Origin: Phoronis australis
Lineage: Eukaryota > Animalia > Phoronida
Reading direction: 5' to 3'
DNA: 64,000 nt
Assembly (NCBI GenBank): GCA_002633005.1
Contig: NMRA01000089.1
Location: forward strand, 434,001 to 498,000
A program made the translations under genes and the position numbers. Below are positions 1 through 12,600 of the stretch, in pieces. Position 1 is the first letter of the stretch. The number at the start of each line of letters is the position of its first letter. Below the pieces are notes generated by a model. The model was not told the DNA's origin and did not search any database. It worked only from the letters and a program-made list of their open reading frames with translations.

Positions 1-610
1 GGTGGTAATGGAAATATAATCCTATCGCAACAAGGAATGTTATGAGTGTGATTTATGAGATCAAAAGGCCCAATTTTTGATTTCCATTTTTAGCCTACGA
101 AATGGTGAAATGCTGCTTTATTCAAAGCCTTTTGCCCTGCACCAGAATAAGTAACGGTCACTTGTTTGTGCGTTATTTTAATTGTGCTTTGTGTGGATTT
201 TTCTCAGTGTTTGAATTAACCTAGACTGAAACTGCTCAAATTTTTAGATAATTTTATTAAAATCTCATGGTGACAGATCATGTGACAGATCACATGACAG
301 ATCAGTTGCTTATGATGATCTTTCAAATTCATACAATGTCTCATCAGCCCTCTTCTCCTACTCTCATGTAATTGTTATCACGTGCAAAATACTGGAAGTG
401 CGGTCAATCTCATGTGGTCACCGTATTTCTCACAAATTCAACAATGATTTTCGGTTGTTTTCTTGTAAATTTCCTTGAAATTTTTTGACACAACCCCGAC
501 CAAGCTAGACCTTTTTGAAGAAATTCTAAGATCATCTCAACTCATATGTGTTAACGATGCTTCACACTGCAATGCTTTGTGCTTCAATAGTTCTAATCTC
601 ACTTTGTTAG

Positions 611-3600
611 ATTCTGCGAAGTTGCAAAGAACACTGGCATGGACATTTTCCGTGTGTTTGATTCTCTCAACTATCTACCTAACCTTCTGCTTGGTATGGA
701 GGCAGCTGGAGCTGCAGGTAGTATTGTTGGTATTACTTCACTAGAGGGAGCTTTCAGTCAGTGCACGCTTTAAAACTGTGGATTTTCAAATTATTGATTA
801 TATAATCCTTTAAATTGTATTTTGACTATTTATCGAACACGCTGTGACTATCTTATTTGAATTTTTATTTTGTTGTTTGACAGAGTGTATTATTTTTTCA
901 GTTAATTTCCTTCTATCATTGGCTAAAATGGCATTCAGAAAGACCGCCAGAAGATTGAATGTCTTCTTCCAGCTTCTTTGAATTTGCTCTGTGACCTAAA
1001 TAATCTGTGGGACAATTTTGTCTTGCAATGAGTTTTATATTGAATGCTGTAACTCGGTTGATTGCCACCAGGTGGAGTTGTGGAGGGGGCTATCTCATAC
1101 ACGGGTGATGTTTCCGACCCATCGCGTACAAAGTACAACCTGGATTATTACATGAACCTGGCTGATGAACTTGTTAAAGCAGGCACTCACATACTATGCA
1201 TAAAGGTTAGTATGAATAAGCTGACGTGGGCACATGTGCCTTGGTCGACTTTGAAATTTGACATCTTTCCGTGTGTCTGTCCACCCGTCTGTCTGTCTGT
1301 CCATCCGTCCGCCTGCATGGAACATTAAAAGTATTGTTGAAAAACTGTGACAGTCACTTAAGTTGTATTTCATGAAAGAAAACCCTTTCAAAGCAACGCC
1401 GCAGATAATCGGCTACTTGTCTATAAATTGGACGTGCTCTTGAAATATGTCTCGTGGCATTGTTTCCAGATTATCTACTCAAGCATACAATGACGATTCA
1501 GAATATTTCATCTTTCATGGTTGTTGACATCACAGATATTTGTAACTTGGTGATGTGAAACTACGTTTACAATTAATTATTTTGGTTTTAAGCTTAAGAA
1601 TCTTTCATGCAAAAGATTTGCTTGACATCTACGTATCAGTTTGTTGAATTTTGAGTCTCTCTTTCTCTATGATTTTCTTTTTGTTTGATAGTAGCATAGT
1701 CGTACGTAAACCAGAAAGCACAGATCCATTCAATGCTATTCTTATGTATGCAAATGACATGTATTGATCCCCAATGTATCGTTTACACATCACCAATGTA
1801 TGATGTCACCAATGTATGATGTCACCAATGTTTGATGTCACCAATGTATGATGTCACTAATGTATGATGTCACCAATGTATGATGTCACCAGATGTTATT
1901 GAGCTGACGACCATCCCACAATGCATTGCTTCCGTAATAACAATGCGGCCAATGCAGTTTGCTGCAGTAAATGAAATCCCTGAATTAGCGTGCTTGGCAA
2001 TCACTAGATCTTGTTGCACTCTGACAATCTATGGACAGGGCTCTCAGTGTCTTGATTTTGGAGCCGATTGTCAGTCTCGCTTCCCTCTGAAAATGCGTGT
2101 GTGGAAGGTGGAAGGTGAAATTGGGTTATTGTTGTTAATTGAAATGGTGTCAACGAGGGAATGTAAAAGGTGGAATTGGTGACTGGAAGATTTTCCTCTC
2201 ATTCAAGAAAATTATACCAGAAGGCACAGGCATCTTTTTCCTAGACTAAGTGAGAGCCTTGATGGATTACGTTGGGAGTGATCTCTCCATAGTTGTCGGA
2301 ATATAATAATCATAATAGTAATAATAGTAATAGTAGCAGCGGCAGCAGCAACATTAGTAGCAGCAGTAGTGATAATGGTGCTGATTTTATACAACTTTTT
2401 ACAAACAACTTCACATCATTCCTGCAGTGACTAAGCTCCAGAATTGCTGTCCAAGGTCAAGACAGTGTGAGTGAGCTGGCAGAAATGTTATAATTTTATG
2501 ATTTATTTTGTTGTAGGATATGGCTGGCCTGTTGAAGCCCAAAGCTGCCACATTGCTTGTGGGTAGTCTGAGACAAAAGTACCCAGATCTGCCCATACAT
2601 ATCCACACACACGATACTGCTGGCGCTGGCGTAGCATCCATGTTGGCCTGCGCCGAGGCTGGTGCCGATGTAGTAGATGTTGCCGTCGACTCCATGTCTG
2701 GTATGACCTCACAGCCCAGCATGGGTGCTGTAGTCGCAGCACTAGACAAGTCGGAACTTGATACAGGTAAGATTCTGTTGTGGACAAGTGATTCAAGTTT
2801 TTTAGACATCCAATCATCGGTGATCAAAAGAATGACATCGTACTTGTTGCGATGGTTACGCAACATGACCAATTTTTTCCCTTCATGTCTGAAGTCTTCC
2901 ATATTGTTGGCTGACTTTTAAGAGCAGACAGTAATTTAGGACTTTCTGTCGTATAACTCACTGAAATTTTGAACATAAAAGCAAATTTAGTAAAACTCAT
3001 ATAACTCAGGTGCAAATGAATTGGCTCTTCTCTTAAAAGCTCCTCAGTAGGTTGTGCAACACAGGCAATTTTGGTGTACCACAACCCATCATAAAGTATT
3101 TTTATGAATAATTATTTAAAATCGACCATTTCTATGAATGTAATTAAGGGTGTGATGTGACAAAATGGTTAATAAGAATTTGCATTTATTTAACAGTTCC
3201 TTGTAACTTTTCATACAGGGATGATCATCAGTTTCTCATCAGTGTTCTATGAGAAATGATCAAAAGAGGTTTTCCATGAACGATGCTATGAAATTAATGA
3301 TGATGATTTATCATCAGCCTCATAGGAATTTGTATCAACCAATGAGTGCGTATTTTGATACGTGACCCTTCTCAAAAACCAGATTTTGTATTACTTAGAT
3401 CAAATCTCTAAGTCTGGTTGGGTTATGTTAGTTTTACTGTCAGTCAATTCTGTTTTAAAAGCTTTATATTTCCAACAGCACTGTGTCTAGAGTAAAAATT
3501 CCTCAAGACAAGTGCTTCTCAAAGTGTTGGAGTTAGGTGTGAGTGTTCATGTAGCCTTTTTCATGTCTACATTAGGTGTGATTCATCTCAGGCTGACTTG

Positions 3601-6600
3601 ATGGCATTGGCAATTTTTCATTGTTTTTTGACAGGAATTAAGCTGAGCAATGTTTATGACTACTCGGACTATTGGGAACAAGCCCGCCAGCTGTACGCTC
3701 CCTTTGAAGCCTGTGTCACTATGAAGAGTGGGAATGCAGACATCTACGAAAATGAAATTCCCGGTGAGACTTCTCTCTAGTTGCTCCTTTGTGTATTAAA
3801 CAGAATCCATGATTTTGAACATGACTTTTGCACAAGTTGTGTTTCCAACCAGTTGTGTTTACGCACAAGTTGTTGCTCAACTGTCTAGTAGGTCTTTGTA
3901 ATATTGATTTAATTTATGATGTTGCCTATAAGATTGTTTGTAAGAGCATCAAAAATAGAAAAGATACAACAAAGGCAACCAATACTGTCTTGTAAACTGT
4001 ACACCAGGTGTCGGTCAGGTGTCTCGCTGTGATACACGTCCATCCTCATGAACTGTACACCAGATGGCAGTCAGGTATCTCACTATGATACGCATTCCTC
4101 CTCATCTTCACTCATAGTGGTTGTTGCATGGATTTGGTAAAGCAGAGAAGTTGCTCCTGAAATTACCGAAATTTTGTTAAAAATAATCTAAACTAGTTTG
4201 AGATTAAAATTAGGCACAAGATAAAGTAGTACATCCCTGTAAGCAGGGGTGCGTTACATAGACCTAGGGTGCGTTACGTAGACCCAGGGGTGCGTTATGT
4301 AGACCTAAGAATCTCGGCAAGATGTTGCAAGACCACGCAAAATCAAGCGAGTCACTCAAGATCGAGCTTAACCTACTAGCAAAATGATTGTCACTTAAAT
4401 GATTGGTTGGTGAGGTTAAACTGATTATTATTATTAAGATGTAGTTTTGTACCCAAAATGATCCGACACGAATCACTGACACAAATCACTGATGCATGTC
4501 GAGTAAATTAATGCTCGAAGCTTAGTTTGTTGCCAAGTCACTAAATGTGACTGCAAAAATCCCAGATTGCCCAACAAAATCTGAGGTCGCCAGAACTGAC
4601 ATTGAATCTGTCGACCAAAAAAAAAAACGTCATGCACCATTCCATTCAAACTCAATTCTTCCTGCCAACGAAGAACAAAGACTATCGAATACATTTGAGA
4701 CGTGTGTTTCATGATCCTACCTTGCCCGATTTTTGCCGAACAATTTAGACTTGCGTTTGTTTACTTGCTCTTGTAATTAAAGCGTCCATTTGTTGTGTGG
4801 TGACTGCTGAGGGTGGCAAATGTACTCGCATCATGAACAATTGTGCACCTGGGAAAACTGTTAGTAATTTAAGTTTGGAATGAATTTTGGGGGAATTATT
4901 GCCTGACTTTGATACTTGCTGTAGCGACTTGGTGGTAACTTGGGATTTTTCTAGGTCGCTAAACACAACGTGAAGTTGCATTGACCCGGATATTATCCTG
5001 TCGAACTGCTTGATGCCTGCTATGTGTGCCTAGGAACTATGTTATCAGTGCTAAGATCATGATATTTTGCTTTCATATTTGTGTATTTCTACTGCACCTA
5101 TAGAGTACTGTTGATAGTTTCCTTTAATGTCAAAATTGCATTAATTTTGTTTTGTTGTTATTTCAGGTGGCCAATACACTAATCTTCAGTTCCAAGCCTA
5201 CAGCCTTGGTCTGGGCGACCAGTTTAAAGAGGTTAAGAGCATGTATACCAAGGCCAACATGCTCCTGGGTGACATCATCAAGGTACTGTCCACTCACAGA
5301 AACAGATGCTGTTATGTGCGGACCAGGCATTACACTTCTTTTGGTTCCACTCTGCACACAAAAAACTTTTAATACAATTAATGTAAAAAAACTGCATCAT
5401 GTGGTCAATGTGTTTGACTGACAGAAATAGGTCAGACATGACATCACTGACTTTGGCATGACATCCTGCAGTACTTTGGCTAACAGAATTAGGTCATAAA
5501 CGCACGACATCATGCAACACTATGACTGACAGAAATAGGTCAAACGTGCAAAGTTTCACCCAGCACTTCATGAGCATACTGCATGAACATATACAATATG
5601 ATGTTGCACAATAACTAAAATAATGTCAGTCCCCAATTTGGGAATATGTCGCCATTTGTAGATGACGCCAGATCAACTGCAACACTCGCTAAAGTAATAT
5701 GAAACTTGAATACACTAAATCATTTATTAGTAATCAATGACCCTGATATAATTTTGTTGGTCAGTTGATAATGTTGCAAATACTTGAGTTGCCTTCACAT
5801 AAAGTGACGTGATACTATTTATTGTTGCATAAAGAAAACATGCAATTAACAGTCATTGAATTGGCTCATTTGTACATTATTTACAACAAATTTGTGCAAC
5901 ATGTTTTGGGAATTCCGTGCATCATCTCCAACTGTGCTTACAAAGTATTCAGCACACAGTTGCAATTTCGGATGCATTTATTGAGCAGGTTGGTTACAGC
6001 CTGCAGTACAATATCAAGGAACTTTAAAAGGGTTAAGGAATGCCAGAAAGAAATCATCTCACTGGAGGTAATTATCCAGTACGCCACTGTGTCCATTGTA
6101 GGTGACTCCATCTTCCAAAGTGGTGGGTGATCTGGCGCAGTTCATGGTGCAGAATAAATTAACACCACAGATGGTGGAAGACCGTGCTGAAGAACTCTCC
6201 TTCCCCAACTCTGTTGTGGAGTTCTTTCAGGGTTATATTGGTGAGCCACATGGAGGGTTCCCAGAGCCTCTGAGAACCAAGGTGATTATTTCATAATACT
6301 TGTGCCTTGTCAGAATGGTGAAACCCCAGCACAGTGTAGTCCAAGGTGCTCAGAACATGACGGTGAAACCTTAGAATGGCTTGGAATCTTGTGTGATGTG
6401 TACTAAATCCTTTGAAAATTAAGTAAGAAATTTCATTGTTAGCTTTGAACCCAGGCCAAATTTTTTTAATTTGCACATAACATCAGGTGCAAAGAAATTA
6501 GAACAAAGGATTCTCAATAATCTGCAGCAAGAGAATATCATACATTTACTAAGGGCACAGACAAGTTACTGTTATTTTATTATCTGTTCATGCCTTAAAA

Positions 6601-9600
6601 ATTGTTGGTGCAATTGAGTATTAAATCGAAGCCATTGTGACCACACAGGTACTTAAGGGGGCAAAGACCGTGACTGGCCGACCTGGGGAGTCTCTTCCCC
6701 CTCTCGACTTTGACAAGATGAAAGCTGACCTCATGGAGAAACACCCAGGGATCAAAGTTCGTGATGTTGATGTTATGAGCTCAGCCATGTACCCAAAAGT
6801 CACCGACGACTTCCTAAACTTCAAGGATGTTTATGGACCAGTCGACTGCCTAGACACAAGAATGTTCCTTGTTGGGCCGCAGATTGCTGAAGAAATGGAT
6901 GTATGTATGAATAGCTTGGGTTAAATTGGTGCACACTGGCCTAAGATTTGATGATTTATTTTTTGGAATGGACATATAGGCCTCATCTTTTCTCACAATC
7001 GTTAAGAGAGGTTGACACCATCATATCTATAGGTTGGTAGGCTCATGGATATGTAGGACCTTATCCACAAGTTTGTATATTCAGCTAAATGGCTACAAAT
7101 TTATAGGTTTTAACTCTATGGTAAAAGTATATTATTTTGACAATAGGAAGCTGGTAGAATTTGACTTTTTACTTATAAATCTGCCGTTAATTGGGTCATG
7201 TAACCAAGTCTTTGTAGTAAAATTTAGCAAGCTGATAAGTACATTCTGAGCAAAACAATGGTATCAATAAACAACCAAATTTCTTTTGTGATATAAATGT
7301 TCAAAATGAAAGCTTAAAAAAGCAGTTACAGTTTCGTAAATTATCATCTCATTTTCATTATATGTAACTTTTGAGTTTTTCGTAAAAATCATAAAAGTCC
7401 TATTTTTTACAGACCTCATATAATAATTAAACACTTTAAACAATAATATTCCTATTAGTTTTATAGAGAATAGTGCATAAAGCTTAGTATTTGGAAATTT
7501 CATGCGAATCTGATCAGCCATTTTTTAATATATGATATTCTGAAGTTGGTCATAGCGTGTATTCATCGTTAGTGGTTCTATAAGACTACACTTCTTGCAT
7601 TCAGCATTTTCCTGGGGTTTGAGGACTAACCAATTCCACACTCCCATATACTATATGAGTTTGATTAAACTTTGATGATTTTTGTAGAATAAGAACCAAC
7701 AACTAACCCTAGCCTGTTAAATATCTCAGTGACTGCATATTTTAAAAAACTGTGTTGAACATTTTGTGATGCAGTTTTAAAGCAATTAATACTCAAAAAT
7801 GTTTCAAAATACATTAAAGTTCGTAGTGTATTATCTACAAGGCCAAAAATACTGTGGCTGTTAACGAAATATCAATCTCAAGTTACAGAAACTGATAATG
7901 GATTCGGATGTCTGTCGAGCAATAAACATTGTGAACTTTAATTTATACTTGTGATTAGTCTATACATAAAGTCAGAGAATATAACAAAAATATTCAATAA
8001 ATGGCCTGGGGCTGGTTTTATTGAACTGCGCAGTAAAGTTAAAGTCTACATCAAAATGTGCGCACGTATGTATGAACGTTCCAAGAAAAATGTATTGTTG
8101 ATAAAACGTTATCGACTGTTGACCCTACACTGTTTTTCCACAAAAAGAAACATAATGAAACTATCGCCAGTGTGACCAAAGTCCTACATCAAACTTGACA
8201 GCAAACCCAATGAATGTCCCACCAAAAATTATTGTTCAACAATCTGACTTCCGGATATTCCAGGATAGTAGAACTACAAAACAACCCTCTAATTTTATCC
8301 AGGGCTCGACATAGTGAGCTGCTGATCGCATATGCAACGTGAAATTTGTAAATACTAGCTAACAGTTTAGTCAGCTCGCGTTAGTCGCATGTATGGAACT
8401 TGGCAAACTTAACAGTAACAGGCAAACCAGAATGTATTCAAATACAGAATAGTTGATACTAATCTTGAATTGCACATAAGTGGAAAGGAAAGTGACAAAA
8501 ATAATTTTAAGTTTGATTTCAAGTACAAGGATTAGATCCTGGAACTTCTATTCAAAGCGCTACAGTATTTGTTTTGTGTCGCATACATTGCCTTGGTGGA
8601 GATTTGCTCTGTTATAGTGCTTTCTGGTTGAATTTTGTTTTTGATCGGCAAGAGTTAAAAAATGCCACGTTTGATACGTTTGCTCTCTTGAGTAAAGCTT
8701 CTACGATGAGATCTGTAGACCCGAGAAACTGGCTAGAAAAAGGCAGTTTGACCATGAACTTTGCTTCTAATGCATCGTGAAAATTTGATCTTTTCGCGAA
8801 TTCCTTGCATCTGCGGAACACAGTCGCCTGCCGTAGTTCATTTCTTATTAGGTTTACTTATTTTTGGGAATCTTGCATTCAATTCTTACCAAGTGTTACA
8901 CAGCATCACTTAAATATGTGTGTCATGTCAATTTATTTCCCAACTAACTTAAGTAGCAAACAAGAAATGAATAACTGTAATTGCAGTGCACACTCATTCA
9001 GTCTCTCGTGTTGCTTGTTCTCACTGAGTCATACATACATTCACAACTTGCACTCATATTAATTAAAAGTCCTGTGATTATGATCATGTTTAAGTTGATA
9101 TCAGTGTCTACTGGAGATATATCTGTCTAAGAAAGATCCGTTTACGGAGACAGACTAAGATCACCATCAGTGCTTGGATTGATGGAAGCAGTATACATGA
9201 TGACACGGCCGTATTGATGGCCGTGAACTCTGGCCTTTCCCAGTCATATTCCCACAGAATGTACGGCTTCCCGTTCTGATTGATCCCTCCTTTATACCAG
9301 TACAGAGCTGTGAACCCAACATATACAAAGTAGAACAACTCTGAAACCCAGAGGTGTAGGAAACGTGCTGGGTAGTTCACCATGAATGTCTCTATGGCAA
9401 TTAACAGGAGGGTGATGCTAAACAGGCTGTCGTAGGTGCTGTAAGTTTCATTGAAACCACTGGTCAGGAACTGGATCTTGGGATAGGTGCCAATAAAGCA
9501 CAAGTAGAATAAAGCCCACTGTAGCTTCATGTACCAGGGCAGGGATTTCTTCTTCTTAACAGGGCCCTTCTCGTCAATGCTTTTATTGGTTGCCTGCGGT

Positions 9601-12600
9601 TCGGATGTGATCTTCTGGGATGCTTTTGAACCTTCCTTTTTGACTGATATCTTGCTGTGTACTTGCATGCTTTCTTTCGATGTTTTCTGTCGCAGGTCTT
9701 CTTCCTCCATGTCCGTAACGATATCCCTGCTCCTTTCTTGAGACACACTGCCTTCCGCATCAGTGGTTTTGTCAGATAGCTTCTCTTTTTTGTCCTGCTT
9801 GAATTCTTGCTTCGAATCCAATGGCTGTGCCTCTGGGCCCACACGCTTGGCTCTTATTCGGGTCATGCAGAATGAGATGAGGGCCAATAACAAGTAGAAT
9901 CCAATTATCAACTCATGCCAGTTGGTGGAAAGGATAGGCCATAGCCATCTCTTCACGATTTCTTCTTCATCCATTTCTTCTTCCTCAGCTTCCCTTTCCT
10001 CGTAAATCAAAGAGGCCGACATCAACACCCAGATGGTCTGGTACATGGCCGTGCAAACTCTCCACAATAGCAAGTAGGATGGCTTCAGTTCCCACTGGCT
10101 GTCCGTGAAATCCTGACTTGTGCCTTTGTAGTAGAAGGTGATGTTGCGCCACGCAAACTCCTTGCATATCAGGTATCCCAATCCTTTCGTTAAGTAGACG
10201 TCATGCTTCATTGCCTTTGGGATCTTCTCCCTAAGCTGGGCGTCTCGCAGAAATGCGGGTGTCCTTCTGTGCTGCTTCCTGACTATGTCTGTCCAGTGAA
10301 GCTGAAATATACTGACACCATGTGATGCGTGTAAGTGTTATTGACACCATGTGATGCGTGTAAGTGTTATTGACACCATGTGATGCGTGTAAGTGTTATT
10401 GACACCATGTGATGCGTGTAAGTGTTATGTAAGTGTTATGTAAGTGTTATTCCATATAAGATGGTCGGGAATGAGTTGCATAGAACTTGATAAGATGTCC
10501 GCTGGATTTGTTTGGTTTCTGCACTCTGGGGTCACTGCCAGTGTGTTACCATCCTGCATGTAACTCTTGTGGTAATAAATACAACTGCTGTTCTCTGAAG
10601 TGTGAACATGTTAGTTTTCACAATCTCATCCATTTTAATTCTTTGAATAGTTTGATTTATGAATTCTTTATTCTTGAGAAAGGAGCTATGTATCTTGTGT
10701 CTAGCATGTGAACTTCTTGTTGTTAAGTATTTTCAGTCATGAATACATGATTACAATTCAAACTTACCCTGGTTGGTTCTTGTTTTCCTCTGTGTCGTGA
10801 CTGGTCCATTGTAGAGTTACTCAAATTTTGTAAAACAAATGTGTCTTGTAATCAAAATGTCTGGTATCTGTGACAGTGACACTGAACGATCAGTGACGTC
10901 ATAAAGTATTGTGACGTCATAAAGTATTGTGATGTCATAAAGCATTGTGATGTCATAAAGTATTGTGATGTCACAAGGTATTGTGATGTTGCACCAGTGT
11001 TAACATGACAGTACTTTTAACGACGCCACTGTGACATACTGACATCACAACACTAGTGACATCACAACACTTTAGTGACATCACAACACTTTAGTGACAT
11101 CACAGTGCTTTAGTGATGTCACTGTGACATCACACTTTACTGACATTACACTACTTTAGTGATGTCACTTTGGCGTTATCATGTTGTAAATTTGAAGTTC
11201 AAGAACATCACGGCAAACACGGATTTCAATCGTCCGGACTCACAACTGTTTTAAAAGAATGGATGTGAATTTTTGACTTTGTATTAAATTCTGAGAACTG
11301 CCTCAGAGCCAAATTTCACATTTTTATAAGTTTTGCAATGCTTAAGTTACCCTTCTTTAGTGCTATGGTCTGAAAATTGTTTTATTGTGTTGTTATGTGC
11401 TTATTATGTGATGTAGTAGTCTTCTACTTTTCATTTTATTCATGTTCCTCTGTACTATTGTAATCATGCTGGTTAACCTCCAGGATGCTTGAATTGGAAT
11501 TTTTTTTTTTAAAAATCAAGATGGACGTTGAGCGGAGCATGAATGCTTTAAAGCTTAATTTTGAGCTGTTGGAGATGGGCTAATGACTTCACAATTTTTA
11601 CGCACAAATTTGCTAGTATACGAAAGTGCATGAACCAAAATGACAGTTTCACATCTCCTTCATAAAAAAGAGATTATTTTCTTGTGGCAATGTGTTCCTG
11701 ATTCGCCAGGTTTGGACAATTTTCTGTGATCCTCAATAACCTTTAGTTAATAACTGGTCAAATGATACAGCCTATGATTTGAAGGACTCCCATCACTGGG
11801 GTAGGAGTCTTGGTGGTCCATGTATTAATTGGATTGTATTGAAACCGTGACTGAACAACTTAGGAAACATAAGGGACAGTTACTTGAATGTTCTAATAAT
11901 ATTGAGGTGGCCACTTCTAGCCTTTATTTAGTGTTTTATCTCAGAACTTGATCCAAATGCTGTGTTTTAGTTATATACTATCTGTTATAGTTGTTTCTTG
12001 TGTACATGCTTTAGAGGGTTTTAATGAGTGCAGTGCACAGGCTTGCTCTATCCATCCAGTTTTATACTTCCGACCAGAATGAAGTCACGATTAATCAACA
12101 GACGTAAAACTAAAATTTGGTTGACATATTTTAATAGATGTGAATTGGATCTGATCAGCTTTCAAGTATGACAAAATGCTACGTTGTGTTGCGGCTTAAG
12201 TAGGTTTAAGTTTTAGAGTCACTGCTGTGAAGTTGAATCTATTCAGTGTCATGATATGCAAATTACCTCGACAATGATTTTCGCAATTTTTCGCCATATC
12301 GCCCTTACCATAGTAGGGGGCCCCCTATGGGCAGCGATGCTCTTGCCTGTCATAAAGTGGATGTTAAGCCGGTTCCACATGGGAAAGGGCTTTCATGTGT
12401 TGATTATTAATTTTGGAATGCTACGTACATACTGAGACAGTGTTATTTTTGTAGGTGACCATCGAGAAGGGTAAAACGCTGCACATCAAGACCCTGGCTG
12501 TTGGTGATCTGGACAGCAATGGTCAGAGGGAGGTGTTCTTTGAACTCAATGGCCAACTCCGTTCGGTGCTAGTCAAGGACAAGAAAGCTCTTGAGGTTTG

